A DNA stretch of 48,335 nucleotides, from positions 1-48,335 of the forward strand of contig NKIB01014017.1 of the NCBI GenBank assembly GCA_002256025.1, read 5' to 3'. Position 1 is the first letter of the stretch. Every line of letters begins with the position of its first letter. The notes under the pieces are model-generated. The model did not search any database, was not told where the DNA came from, and saw nothing but the letters and a program-made list of their open reading frames with translations. The stretch is from Asterionella formosa (taxonomy: Eukaryota). Shown here piece after piece: positions 21,655-33,860 of this stretch. The translations under genes and the position numbers were made by a program.

Positions 21655-23427
21655 ATGCCGGCTCCTACTATCCTAGTCATTGGCTGTGGCCCAGGCGGCA
21701 TGTCTTTCTGTCATGCCATGGAAACCAAAAAACAAGAGATGATGTCAGCTGGAGAAGACATTTCTGTTATACCAACGGTGACTGCTATGGAAAGATCACC
21801 AGGTCCTGGTGGGGTATGGAGATCCTCTCGAACGAACGGCGCCAATAATGGTGCCGAAGAGAAGAAGGATGAAAGAGCGAAACAAGAGGAGACTACAAAC
21901 ATGTATGAAGGTTTGTGGACAAATGGGCCCAAGGAATCGATTGAATTCTTTGATTATAGCTACGACGCGCATTTTGGTCATGCATTACCAGTGTACATGC
22001 CGCGAGCAGCACTTTTGGAGTATATGTTAGCGCGGGTGACACGAAAGTGCTCCGACTTCTTTGAGAAGTATGCTAGATTCAACATGGAGGTTCAATCTGT
22101 CGTTTGGAACGCTGAGGTCAGAAAGTTTGATGTGACTTCCAAGAATACTCTCACAGGCAACTGTGTCCGAGAGTTCTACGACAAGTGCATTTGGGGAGCA
22201 GGCGACAATGGAAAGCGAAAGATACCTCACTCCATGGTGACCATGTTTCGTGAAGGTGGCTTTTCTGGGCGCATCATTCACTCCTCTGATACTGCCAACT
22301 TTGAAGACGACGTGAAAGGGAAGCGCATTCTAATGATTGGTGGAGCTTTTTCTGCGGAAGATTTGGCCTTAACGGCAATCAAAATGGGTGCTGAAAAGAT
22401 TTATATCAGTACAAGAACTGAGGAGAATGTAGTTACATGGACAAGTGCTTGGCCTGGCAATAAGGTGAAGGTATTGGTCGAAATGCAGCCTATCAAGGTT
22501 ACTGATAATGGTAAGTGTATTCAGTTTGCAGAGGTTGACAAGAGGCACGGCGACATTTTCTGCGCCTATGACGAGATTGAGATGAAGATTCGCAATATTG
22601 ATACAGTTATATTATGCACTGGCTACGAGAGCAATTTGAGCATGCTGAGTGAGGAGTTGCGGAAGCCCTTTGAAATCGAACACAAGCCCTTGTCGTACAC
22701 TCTCGATATTCCCGAAAATTGGAAGATGGACGAGACTGGCTTACCTGGCCATCTGTGTGGAATCAAACCTGGCACTTGTATCTGGTTTAAGAGCCATGTT
22801 TACTACCCTGACCTCTACAAATGGACTTTGATAGACAATCCAAATATGATGTACCTGTTCGGGGACGACAGCGACCATCCAATTCTGGCGGTAGATGCGA
22901 TTGCCTGGCTTTTCGTTGACATTTGCACTGGTCGCTTTTCCCTCCCACCTCCTGTCGAGCAGCGACGTCTGAACAAGGAGCAAGCCTTAAAAGAAATGGC
23001 CACATATCCCATGATACGATTTGAGATGGATTCGAACTTCTACAATCATGTTGTGTCGACTTGGGAGCAGCTCCCTGAGGACGAGCAGACAGAGCTGTGG
23101 TCAAGCTATTACGACGACATGGCGAGATACGACCGGCGGATTTACGCACAGGTGATGAGAGATGGTCGCTATCCACTTGATATTGGCACCATTGATGTTT
23201 TGAATGACACTGGCGAGCAACTCTTTCGGATGGATAGTCTAAGTTATGAGCACCGACGTACACTCGACAAGAAGGACAAAGATACGCGCAAATGGAGGAC
23301 TTTTCGTGATATCCAAGATGCATCTGAATTCAGATCTGTCTTTACTGGTACTATGGCCGTACCCTTGAAGAAAAAGTGGATCGAAATTGATGATATCAAA
23401 GACATTGACATTCTCAAGCCATTGTAA
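21655..23427 (+). CDS. Flavin-containing monooxygenase resembling bacterial trimethylamine monooxygenase (Tmm/mFMO)
   Basis: FAD motif GCGPGG; MYEGLWTNGPKESIEFFDYSYDAHFG; FMO signature FSGRIIHSSD; NADPH motif GGAFSAED; ILCTGY; C-terminal TFRD...FRSVFTGTMA. Intronless, ATG at 21655. Confidence 0.9.
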   Translation: MPAPTILVIGCGPGGMSFCHAMETKKQEMMSAGEDISVIPTVTAMERSPGPGGVWRSSRTNGANNGAEEKKDERAKQEETTNMYEGLWTNGPKESIEFFDYSYDAHFGHALPVYMPRAALLEYMLARVTRKCSDFFEKYARFNMEVQSVVWNAEVRKFDVTSKNTLTGNCVREFYDKCIWGAGDNGKRKIPHSMVTMFREGGFSGRIIHSSDTANFEDDVKGKRILMIGGAFSAEDLALTAIKMGAEKIYISTRTEENVVTWTSAWPGNKVKVLVEMQPIKVTDNGKCIQFAEVDKRHGDIFCAYDEIEMKIRNIDTVILCTGYESNLSMLSEELRKPFEIEHKPLSYTLDIPENWKMDETGLPGHLCGIKPGTCIWFKSHVYYPDLYKWTLIDNPNMMYLFGDDSDHPILAVDAIAWLFVDICTGRFSLPPPVEQRRLNKEQALKEMATYPMIRFEMDSNFYNHVVSTWEQLPEDEQTELWSSYYDDMARYDRRIYAQVMRDGRYPLDIGTIDVLNDTGEQLFRMDSLSYEHRRTLDKKDKDTRKWRTFRDIQDASEFRSVFTGTMAVPLKKKWIEIDDIKDIDILKPL

Positions 23428-23819
23428 GCGTAGTCAACACTTTTTGTGGGGATCATATCCTTTTTTTTCTTTGCTCTATATAAGTTATGACTTATATCAC
23501 TTGTCACTCGTATTCTAATAGACTTTTGCAGCTCTTGCACAGATTCGTTTGTAGTCTTCATGTTATTTTGATGACAACATCGAAGCATTCCCCTTCTGCG
23601 AAACGGTGTCTTTTTGTCTTGTTCAGGACAAGCTGGATCATGTTTTACTCAAACATGAAATATCTCAATGATCAGCTAGTCAAAACTACTATTCAGATTA
23701 TGGTTACTAGCAACTGAACCAATCCAATGTTATACTTTCATACTCCCGTCCATTCTCTGCGCAGCGATGGCATTGCCTGGCAGCTTCCAAAGCTGTATCA
23801 GGATGCCATTCTCAAGATT

Positions 23820-26800
23820 CTACGAAAAGAGCGCATCACTTCCGAAAAGGATCTTTCTTCTTTCAATAAGGGACAATTCCTTCAAGGGCTTGTACTTGTT
23901 TAATTCGACTAAGCCAGTTCCAAAAGTGGAGCCGACAACGGAACTTTCCAAAAGGACCGTGCATGATTTGTTGTCAATTTCTCCAGGTTTCAAGATGTTG
24001 TCAATCGAGGGAGTGGCACGGAGACGGTTTTGGAGAATTGAATCCCAACTTAATTTTTCGGACTTCTCTTCGTGCGAACCACTCTCCTTCGATTGTTCGT
24101 GTTTTGCATTAACTTCTTTTTCCAGGTTCGCCATAACACCATATCGACGAACCATCGCAATGATATAAAGGTGAGCATTTGCCCTGACATCAGTTATGAT
24201 CTGCTCTCGGGCCCGAGCTAGCACTTTCCTGGCTGTTTCAGTGGGTCCATGGCGACAATGGAACCACAACACCCCATAATTGGGATCGGCGTTTGCACAC
24301 CGGAGCTCCAAGTCGCTGTCGTCAAACAACCCTTCAAATGAGACTTTTTCCAGAGACGAGCGGACAGACGAGGCAATTTTTGAAGCAAAGGTAATTTCTT
24401 GCTGTGACTTTCTCTTGGGGACAAGAAGAGTGCGAGATGCCAGAAGCACCATCTCTTCGACAGAAGTGTCATCTACGTCATCTTGAGTAGAAAGGTGTGA
24501 GTGCATAGCTTCCCATAAACTTGCCGCGATTGGCAAGATCCAGCGTTCAATCACTTCCAGCCTGAAACTTTCAATAAAGCTATCTCCATACTGAGGAGTG
24601 AAGCGTGTAGCGAAGGACAAGTGCCGTCGCGCTTCCTCTAAGTCGAATGTCTTAGAGAACGGGTTTAAATGGATTCGTCCGCCTTCGCACCACACTTCTC
24701 CACTCTTTGGTACGGTCCGGAGTGCACGCTTCAAGGAGCTGTACTGGGCATCTTCCCCTCCGTCAAAGTAGCGAAGCTGGACAAGAGATGCCCAGAGTCG
24801 ACCGGTTCCAGAATGCAATTTCAACGAGCTCTTCGCAAAGTCAGTAGCACGCTTGTATTTGCAGTTGCGTATCTCAAGAAGCACACTTTCGAGCCACACC
24901 TTCCAATCTGATGGTCCTTCGGAACGACACTTGCAAAGAATTGCTCGCGCGAGGTCTAGGTTTCCATCAAACTGTTCAAGCCTGGCACACTCTAGCAAAG
25001 CAGTAAGTCGACCTTTGTCCGGCACTACTCCACAGGCTCGCACAAAGAGCTTGCGAGCATTCATTATATTGCCAGCCGCAAGCTCCATGCGGCCACCGGC
25101 AAGCCAGACTTTCCAGCTAAGGTTAGAAGGACAAGTAAGTGCAGTCAAGGCATAGCGCTTGCGACATGCTGCCAACTTAGTATCAATGGGTAACGCAGGA
25201 TCGGCGAGCACAGAAGCAACTGCAGCTCGTTCAAAGATTTGAGCAGCTTCAAGATGAACTTTCCAGAGAAGCTCTCTACTGATGCTTATCTGAGCACGTT
25301 CAAACATAGCCACAGCATTTGACAACATGAAGTCGTGGTTTTCAATGTCAATGGCTTCACACAAGCGAAAGGCTCCGAACCACAATGGGCCATACCGAGG
25401 AATAGCATTTAAGCCTCTCTCTACAATAGTGAGGGCGTCAGAGGTTTGACCGAGATCTTTCTCCAAACGATAAGACTCAAGGTACAGGGGGCCATACCAC
25501 GGGACATGATGCATGAGATACTTCAAGACACGGCGAGCCATAATGTGGTTCCCGGCCCGAGCCTCGAGCAAGGCTCCTTCTAGTACTGTGCGCCACACCT
25601 TTTCAATACCTACATGCTTCAAACGTGCCAACAACTGTCGGGCCCGATGAAGGTTTCCCATTTTCTCTTCGTGCTTTATAGCACGAGTGACTAAGTTTTC
25701 ACTCAGCGCACAGTACTCGAGCCCACTTTGCAGTATCTTGGAACAACGGTTCAAATGACCACCTTCCTCTTCAAGTTTGCTGTACTCAAGCCAACCCTGA
25801 CTTGCATAAGGCTGCAACTCACAGACTTGACGATAAAGCCTTCTCGCTTCTTCAAACTTATTTGAACGCTTCGCCAGGTCAGCCAGTTCCAAATATACAC
25901 GCCACTGCACCTTTTCAGGAAGCGCTCCGTCCTTTAACGTCGACAAAGCATAGTCTTCGGCATCCTTGAATGACGAGCGTTCCTTTAGCCGAAATTTACG
26001 GTAAAAGTCCTTGAAAGCAGCACGCATCACAGGGCTTTCAACAAGCTCTGCTCGCTTGACATCCGCTGGATCTTCAATAGATACAGAATCGTCGTTCTTT
26101 TTCTTGCTGTGAGACTGTTTTCCACCCTTAGTAGGCGACTGTGTGGCCGAACCAGCGCTCCCTTTCCTCCTAGGGCTGTTTCGCTGGAGCAATTCTTGCC
26201 CTTTGTCCTTCGTGATCTTCATATCTGCAGAAACTTTTGTCTGTGATGGAGTAATCTGTTGCTTGGCGACTTGCTTCTGCGGCATATCTAACTGAGGATG
26301 ACAGGCTTGTGGTTCATGCCACTCGCAATCGGCTGTCACTTGTGCAGGTTCGACCACACCGACAGCACTAAAACTGTCCATGGACGGCGTTGGCGACGTG
26401 TGTCCTCTACTCACACCATGAATTGGGTATGGATTATGCATTTGCTGTTGATCGTTCCAGGCTAAATACTGAGGATTGGGCACAAACATTTGTGTTGGTG
26501 ACATGGTGGCCATGCGAGCATCGCCATATCCATAGTCTGTCCACCCAGACTGGCTAGTTTGCCAACCCCGATCATACGTAGCAGCGGCGGCCCAATTCTG
26601 CTGTGCTTGTTCAAATTGAGGTGAGGCTGGCACAAAATTCCGTCGATGATCGTACCCACCAAAGGACTGCGGATGGTGTTGCATGGCAAATCCACTGGTT
26701 ACGCGATTCCCAAAGGAATAGGATGGTGACATCTGCAATTGAACGTGTGGATTGAAACTTGAATGCATACGAGTGTTTTGAGGCAAGAACGCATGATGAC

Positions 26801-27824
26801 CGTGCTGATTCATCCCAGAAGGATGCTGTTGTGGTGGCACCATGCTCATGACGTTGCCATGTTGTTGATAAGTGGAATTCGTCGGGGGCTGGTGGTGGTG
26901 CTGATACTCAGTGGGCCTTGAAGCTGCAGGAACTGGTCGCCTAAACGAGGACTGTGGACTTTGTTGAGGTGGCGCGAAAGCCCCACCAAAGTTGACGGGT
27001 TCATCGTCTCCAAATCGTTGAAAGGTTCCATCGTCATGTGGAGAGAAGGAAAATCCCTTCGGCGACGCTCGACTATTCGTCCCACTGCGTCGACCGGGTT
27101 GGTTGCGTCTAGGCCTCGTCGTGTATGTCTTTTTCTGTCTGGATCCCTCGCCCCCTTCTGAACTGAAGATGAATTGCGTCGTCCAGGACACTTCAGTCCT
27201 TGCTTCGGCATCATCGTCGTCGTGCAGGAGATTGTCGAGATCTTCCGTGAGACGAAGCGTGTTGGGCGAGAAAGCTCCGTGCGAAACCCCTAAATGAGGA
27301 TTCTTGGATAAGGTCCAACCGGCTGGGGTGTAATTGTGAGATTCGCGCTGCGACCTCGCAGCGACTGGTGTCGACAGGGTGAGCCCAAAGCCCAGCATAT
27401 CTCGGTCGGGCTGGTGCACCTGGGAGGCCCCCGGTGTCCTCCGGAGTGCCTCGGTATCGCTCAATTGCATGTCGCGTTCAAAGGGCGAAGACTGCTGGCG
27501 ACGGTGGTGATGCTGCTGGGAGAGCTCCACCATTTCTTCTTCGTCTTCCCCATACGTCTCTTCAAGCAAGGTGGGCGTGGTAAGGTCGATGAATTTCCTC
27601 CGATCCTCCTTGCCTTCGCCCTGATCCTGAGGGGGGCCCTCGCTCTCAGAATCCCACGACGACGTCGGAACGGTGGACAAGGAAGCCAACGGTACATCCA
27701 GCGAATCCGCATCTTTCAAGGACGACGCAGTTCCCATAGGATTCCTAGGGCGATGGCGTGCAGAAGATGCCGAGCTTGCAGCGGATGTTGGCGTCCCTCG
27801 TCCTGCTCCACCATGGCGTTCCAT
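23820..27824 (-). CDS. Large HAT/TPR-repeat protein (PRP6-like repeats) with long low-complexity N-terminus
   Basis: Uninterrupted ORF of >1300 aa, first ATG at 27824. Repeats such as WRVYLELADLAKR, WLEYSKLEEE, PWYGPLY, PRYGPLW, PKSGEVW, PNYGVLW. N-terminal ~600 aa are S/Q/P/H-rich. Confidence 0.85.
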   Translation of the reverse strand: MERHGGAGRGTPTSAASSASSARHRPRNPMGTASSLKDADSLDVPLASLSTVPTSSWDSESEGPPQDQGEGKEDRRKFIDLTTPTLLEETYGEDEEEMVELSQQHHHRRQQSSPFERDMQLSDTEALRRTPGASQVHQPDRDMLGFGLTLSTPVAARSQRESHNYTPAGWTLSKNPHLGVSHGAFSPNTLRLTEDLDNLLHDDDDAEARTEVSWTTQFIFSSEGGEGSRQKKTYTTRPRRNQPGRRSGTNSRASPKGFSFSPHDDGTFQRFGDDEPVNFGGAFAPPQQSPQSSFRRPVPAASRPTEYQHHHQPPTNSTYQQHGNVMSMVPPQQHPSGMNQHGHHAFLPQNTRMHSSFNPHVQLQMSPSYSFGNRVTSGFAMQHHPQSFGGYDHRRNFVPASPQFEQAQQNWAAAATYDRGWQTSQSGWTDYGYGDARMATMSPTQMFVPNPQYLAWNDQQQMHNPYPIHGVSRGHTSPTPSMDSFSAVGVVEPAQVTADCEWHEPQACHPQLDMPQKQVAKQQITPSQTKVSADMKITKDKGQELLQRNSPRRKGSAGSATQSPTKGGKQSHSKKKNDDSVSIEDPADVKRAELVESPVMRAAFKDFYRKFRLKERSSFKDAEDYALSTLKDGALPEKVQWRVYLELADLAKRSNKFEEARRLYRQVCELQPYASQGWLEYSKLEEEGGHLNRCSKILQSGLEYCALSENLVTRAIKHEEKMGNLHRARQLLARLKHVGIEKVWRTVLEGALLEARAGNHIMARRVLKYLMHHVPWYGPLYLESYRLEKDLGQTSDALTIVERGLNAIPRYGPLWFGAFRLCEAIDIENHDFMLSNAVAMFERAQISISRELLWKVHLEAAQIFERAAVASVLADPALPIDTKLAACRKRYALTALTCPSNLSWKVWLAGGRMELAAGNIMNARKLFVRACGVVPDKGRLTALLECARLEQFDGNLDLARAILCKCRSEGPSDWKVWLESVLLEIRNCKYKRATDFAKSSLKLHSGTGRLWASLVQLRYFDGGEDAQYSSLKRALRTVPKSGEVWCEGGRIHLNPFSKTFDLEEARRHLSFATRFTPQYGDSFIESFRLEVIERWILPIAASLWEAMHSHLSTQDDVDDTSVEEMVLLASRTLLVPKRKSQQEITFASKIASSVRSSLEKVSFEGLFDDSDLELRCANADPNYGVLWFHCRHGPTETARKVLARAREQIITDVRANAHLYIIAMVRRYGVMANLEKEVNAKHEQSKESGSHEEKSEKLSWDSILQNRLRATPSIDNILKPGEIDNKSCTVLLESSVVGSTFGTGLVELNKYKPLKELSLIERRKILFGSDALFS

Positions 27825-28691
27825 TCTGATTCTGTCGTCCGTCGTATCCTTCGCTCGTGGAGGCACTGCACTTGTTTCTCGTGCGTCTTGCAAGAGTCAA
27901 GGTTCTAACAGCGCCGTAACTTGCTCGGTTGTCGTACTTGGCGAGAACAAGGAGTGCTAAGGAAACTAAGCACAGCAAGGTGCTCGACGTCGGTGCCAGC
28001 TGCGTTAGATGCACAGCCTTGCCCTACATTTACTACGATACTGAATACCAGGTGTAGGCTCTTGCAAGCAGCGCCAACGATTCCAGGATCAGCGGGAGGT
28101 TATCAGCATAGAGGCTACCTGCGGAACTCAAAATTTGTAGATTATGTACACTCTGGTACTGAATTCTAAATTCTCAACGCTTGGCCTTGGAGGGACGAGC
28201 TCAACCACGTCGAGCGGCATGTACATAAATAACGAGCAGGCGAGGCGTCATTTTGGCGCGAACCAGCGTAGCCGTCATGTGAAAAAGGGAGGCTGGCTCG
28301 TTCAGTGACTTCTGCGATAGCCAGCCGGAATCCATAATCCAAAACGAATCATACCGGTACCAGGTACCATATGCACGGAGTGGCTGTGCATACATAGTAT
28401 GATAATTACAAATACATAAATATATAAATGCTCATACATGTCAGATTTTATCCTACAGCTGGTATTTCTACATGTAGCCGGTACAAAGAACAAGGTCCAG
28501 TAAAGACGGTTCGGACTCATAGAAACAATCGCTCATCTAAAAACCGGTACCGGTAGTTTTCCCCTGAGATGCAATTTTCGTAATTTTAGCTAATTAGCAA
28601 AAACGGCATTCACAACATACTAATTATTAAGTACAACAGTGTCGGTAGCGCATACGAGTACCGCCATATGTACCAGTACCAGCTACCAGGA

Positions 28692-28774
28692 AGTTGCGGT
28701 CATTTGGCCTAATAAATAATATAATATAGGATAAAGAAAGCTAAAGTTTTAGTTTCAGCACAATTACCACAACT
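28692..28774. mobile_element. ~85-bp MITE-like element, diverged copy
   Basis: Imperfect inverted repeat AGTTGCGGTCATT / AATTACCACAACT. Core AGCTAAAGTTTTAGTTTCAGCA is identical to that in 39658-39746. Confidence 0.7.
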
Positions 28775-28817
28775 GCTTGCTGATAAGCAATCCCGCTCAA
28801 CTTCACTTACACCTATG

Positions 28818-28965
28818 GGGTTAGGGTTACATAGATTATATCAGAACTCTATCAGAAGAGAATTTGACAAACACCTATTGAACACCTACTATTGAATACT
28901 TAGGAGCACGAGTTGCACACAAGGATTAACTAATAAGCTCATCTATTCAACAAATACTACTACTT
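28818..28965 (+). repeat. Short dispersed repeat with GGGTTAGGGTTA, copy 2
   Basis: Similar to 16637-16760, with the same right boundary CAACAAATACTACTACTT. Confidence 0.8.
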
Positions 28966-29869
28966 CTAGTTAGATACTTCACTTTGAATTCAAAAAGAGT
29001 CAAATTAGAATAAACAAGAATGTTGATTTATATTCTACTAGTCTTTGTTGGTCTCATTGATCAAGGATTACTGGATAATAAAAATCAAGACTCAGACCTT
29101 TCTTTTATACCTAACAGGTCAACATTCGGAGTCTTTTGACCAACATGTGGTCAATGGATGCTCAGTGGAAGCTTTGTTTCTTGGTTTCAGTAAATTCTGT
29201 TATACTATGGCTTACACATGTACCTTGCTTCAGTCCGGCAGACATCTTCACCTGCTACAAAAGATGTCTCACAGATATCGCCTGGTCTAACTGTATGAGC
29301 GTTAAAGTACACCCAGATGATCAGGTACTATATGACAGCTTCAATTAAGCCATGATGATATGGACAACCATCTTCTGCATGAAAGCTTTGAGCTTCAGTT
29401 TCAGTGGTGGATCCTACAAAAATAATTGACAAAACCATTTAAAATTTTGGTTATTGGAATTCAGAGCCTGAATCAAGACTTTGAAAGAACTTATCAAACT
29501 CACAATGTTTTATTCAGAAGATCAAAAAACCTGGACAAAGAATGATTGAGCGTCATTGTCATTTTCTTTGTGCTCCAGAATGCATGGTGGCAGAAAATGT
29601 TTGAATTGAATCATATATTGATGATTAAATAAAATTTTATAGAATGTTTAAACTGAACTAATAATCGCATTTGTGCCTGCAAGACACGGAGAAAAAGGGG
29701 GATAAGTCTAAGGTGGCCGGTACCACATGTTGGGACGCCTTGTTCCCTCTATTAATTACCAGCTTTGGGCGAGACACTGTCATGCTTTGTGAAAGGATGG
29801 GTGAATTGAATCATATAATGAAAGATACTGGCTAATCCATTCACTTAGCTTTGATTTACTTCGACATTC

Positions 29870-31124
29870 AATAATCATTCAAGGATTGTCTCAAGATCAT
29901 TCCCGAGCATGAGTTTTCATCCATAGAACAAGATAGTGTTCACTGAAGGCAGTCATGTGATGCATCTGCAAACCAAGCGTGACTGGTGTTAATTTTCTAA
30001 CTCAAGATCGTCTTCATATCTGAAGTCAATATCGTCCCTTGCTTCCTCAACTGAATTCCACTGACTAGTCTGCAAAGCACGAACAAATCGTTTATATTCA
30101 AATAATGAGAATTCGCCGGCTAAGGTGTGAGTTTGATATTCCATCCCATCATACTTCCACCTTCAATGAATCTTTGACATTCTGCTGGGCCAAAATGAGT
30201 TGTTGCATTATCATGTTGAAGGAATAATTGTCTGCTGGATTCAAGAATTCCATCGTTACGCTATTTAGTAACATGGATCGCAGGAATTACCTTGGTCATG
30301 ATATAGTCTGTATAAACCTCTTTTGTTACATTCAGTAGCTATTTTTCTAGAATACCCCCCCCCCCTGTCTTGACTTGCCGGCATCCTCCTGCTGGCCACA
30401 ATGATTTTAACGAATGGCTAAATGCTTATTTTGACATCAAAAGTCATCTCATCGGCAGCATAGAATCTTGTTCTCGCAACAGCACTTAAAAAATGACCTT
30501 ATAAAAAAAATGAGGCTTTTGAAAAAATTTATTTCGGGAGGTAGCTTGTCTTGTGCCACATAGGTCTTATGGTGTGTATCCTTTGAAACAAAGCAGAACC
30601 ACATCTCATCTGCGTGAACATCTCAATAAAAGCAAGCAAGTTATCATAGAAAACAAACTAGCCGGGATCGAAGGGTTCATGATTGACCTGATTTGGATGG
30701 TTCAACTGGAAATCATTGATAGCATCCTCATAAAACAAATGATTTAAAGCATTGTTTGGTGTTAGCGATGGTTTGATTGCATTAATATTAGGCTGGATCA
30801 CTTCTATCTGCTTTGAATTGGTACAAATGAATACATAACTAAAAGGAATACCAAGTTTCTGAGCTTAGGAATGAACTGTATGATGCTGATGGTGAGGTAG
30901 CCACTATCATCTTGACTGCTGTTATAATATCAGTGAGTGGTGAGTATTTTATTCCTCTCCACTCTTATATTTCCTGACAGTGGCTGGTAGAATTCACTAT
31001 CTTCATTTGTGAACGAAGCGAGTGTGCGCTTCCAGATACGAAAAATTATTATTCTACTGACATCGAATTTTTTAGCCAAACAAAGGTGAACAAACAGATT
31101 TACTATGAGCCAGGAGCCCTCCAT
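29870..31124 (-). mobile_element. Decayed mariner-like (DD39D, plant/oomycete type) transposase pseudogene
   Basis: Minus-strand fragments in order: HTH-like LAKKFDVSRIIIFRIWKR, IKPSLTPNN, VHADEMWF, KVIFLSAVAR, VTKEVYTDYIMTKVIPAI, FLQHDNATTH, PANSHYLNINDL. These match HIDEKWF / KVMFL.AVARP / QQDNA..H / QPPNSPDLN.LDL motifs. Many stops. Confidence 0.85.
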
Positions 31125-31574
31125 CGTGGTCTCTTATGAGCTTGCAAGGGAGCGATTAACAATGAATTGACGCTTTTAAGGTGTCAAATACTTCTTTTTA
31201 TGTTCATCGGTTAGCAAAGGATCAATGCAAAAGGGGGTCCGGAGCAAGCATTTCAATCAGGGCACGGCTGATTCGATAAAAAACACACCAAAAAATTAAA
31301 ATGAGGTCAGGTTCACCTATTTCTAGACTACTTAGAACATATATTATATGCACCATAACGGGTAGTAGCACGATTATTTTCACAGTTGAGGAACGCCTGA
31401 CGGACTACCATTTCTCGTAGCCACCAGCCGAGAAAAAATTCCTTATATGCACGTAAATAGATAAAGATATATAAAATTATGCAGAAATGCAAAGGAACAT
31501 AGAGACATTGTTCTTGATCGCTTCTGATATATGATAGTTGAGAACAGTGTCATTACAAGAAAGCAATCAACTCC

Positions 31575-33647
31575 ATGTCATCACAGCTTCTTGACCCTTC
31601 TGAGACCTTTTCAAGTCTCGCTGATGAAGTGGGTCTCGATGTGAGATTACGAAAAGCCGTGTCGCGCCTTGGTTTGGTCCGCCCTACTCTGGTGCAATCC
31701 AAATGCCTTCCCCTGGCCATTTCGTCGGGTCGGGACCTATTAGTTCGGGCCAGAACGGGAAGTGGAAAGACACTAGCATACTGCTTGCCCTTGCTGCAAA
31801 AAATTCTGAAAAACACCCAAAAGGAAGAAATTGTCAAGGCTGTCATTTTGGTACCCACCAGAGAGCTTTGTACTCAAGTCCACAAGACTCTTCAAGGATT
31901 GGTATATTATGCTTCGGAGCTAGTTCAAACGGCAGTATTGTCGGGCGGAAGAATGAGCAAGGAAGATCTTGCGAGACAGGAAGCTATGTTAAGAGATTGT
32001 CCTAATGTAGTGGTGGCGACTCCAGGCGGACTTTTGGTTCACATTCGGAACAACAGGCTAAATTTGAAGCAAGTGGAGACGTTGGTAGTGGATGAAGCAG
32101 ATCTTGTTCTTTCGTTTGGTATGTGTTGTTCGTGGGAAATGAGTGATTGCTCGTGTTGTTTATCTTCGTAGTAATACATGCATATTTATGCTTGCTCATC
32201 TCATTCATCCAAAACCCTAGGATACACAAACGACATTGCCGAAATTATGAAGTCACTACCCAAAATTTGTCAAGGCTTTCTCATGTCGGCAACGCTCTCT
32301 CCGGAATTGAATTCGCTGAAAAATGTTGTGCTCCACTCGCCTGCTATTTTAAAACTTGAGGAAGAAATGGAAGATCCTGTAAAGAAGAAGGGACAATTGA
32401 GGCAATTCTATTTGACACTTCCCCACAAGGACAAGAACCTAGTCTTATACGTCTTCCTGAAATTGGGACTCCTGAAAGGCAAGGGTTTATTCTTTTGCAA
32501 TTCAACAGATGGTGGATATCGTCTCAAGTTATTTTTGGAACAATTTTCCATTCGATCAGCCGTCTTGAATGCCGAATTGCCCTTACGATCGCGACTCAAT
32601 ATTATTGAACAGTTCAATGTTGGCAACTTTGACTATTTGATCGCCACAGATGATAGTGCCGACATGGGAGCTTCCACAACGAAGAAAGACGACGATGAAG
32701 ACGAACAGGATGGCAAGCCAAAACGCAAAAGACATAAGGATTCAGAGTATGGTGTATCACGTGGATTGGACTTTCGAAATGTCTCATTCGTCGTCAATGT
32801 CGACTTTCCAACCTCGCCGGAATCGTACACACATCGAGTTGGAAGAACGGCACGCGGTGGAGCCAAGGGTGTTGCACTCAGTTTGGTGGAACTAGAGTCG
32901 CCCGAGCAGTCCAATGTTTTGGTCCAAGTCCAGGAAGAGCAGCCTCTGATTGGTGGCACTGACACTGATGACGCATTACATGCGTCAAAACAAGAGGATG
33001 CGTCTTTATCCACAAAACAAACGCAACCCTGTCCCCTTGATTTTGATTTGAGGGACATTGAAGGTTTTCGATACCGAGTTGAAGACGTGTCCCGTGCAGT
33101 GACTCGCATGGCGGTTCGCGAAACCCGAGCGGCAGAGCTTCGTGCCGAGATTTTAAACTCGGAACGACTCCAGAGTCATTTTGAGGAGAATCCCAACGAC
33201 CTTCAACTACTGCAGCACGATCGCGTTTCGAGTGCATCTCGTGTTCAGGAGCACTTGAAGCATGTTCCCAAATACATGTTACCAAGAGGAATGCAGGTAG
33301 CAGATTTGAATAAACGACGAAAGCGAAAGCGTATCAGTGTCCGGGGTCGTGATGGGGCCAGGCGGACGGACAATGATCCCTTGCAATCCTATAGTGGAGA
33401 AAAGGGCGATCTAGAAGGTACGGTGGACGAGGAAGAGAGCGGTGGGTTTGAGGAATTCTTTGAAGAAGGTGGCGATGCCGGTGCCCCAAAGGCGGTCAAG
33501 GCTGAGGCAAAAGTCTTCAGTAACACCCGAGATGGAGCTGGTAAGAGCACAGCGGGCCGGAATGCTTGGAAGGAAAAGCACAATAGGGGCAAGTTTAGCA
33601 ACAAGAAGAGGAAGTCGGAACCCAAGCGTCGTACAGTTGGCGTTTAG
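31575..33647 (+). CDS. DDX56: DEAD-box RNA helicase DDX56/Dbp9; exons 31575-32118 and 32221-33647
   Basis: PTLVQ, ARTGSGKTLAY, PTREL, TPG, VDEADLVLSFG|Y, MSAT, NAELPLRSR, EYGVSRGLDF, HRVGRTAR, FRYRVED, FEENPNDL, LKHVPKY. GT-AG intron 32119-32220. Confidence 0.95.
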
Positions 33648-33679
33648 GCTTTGCTGACGAAAATGTTTATCGAGACATG

Positions 33680-33860
33680 TGCGTCAACATGCATAGCTGT
33701 TGGCTGTCTGCTTTATTTTCTAGTTTCATTGTACTCATCTATTTGTATGGCTGAGTTCTTTATGATTATATTTGCATCAATAAGCATACCTGTTGACTGT
33801 CTGCTTTATTTTCTAGTTTCATTATACTTACATATTTGCATCACTGGGTTCTTGACGATC
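33680..33860. repeat. Two-copy ~93-bp tandem duplication downstream of DDX56
   Basis: Units start at 33680 and 33773; both contain CTGTCTGCTTTATTTTCTAGTTTCATT. Confidence 0.85.
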
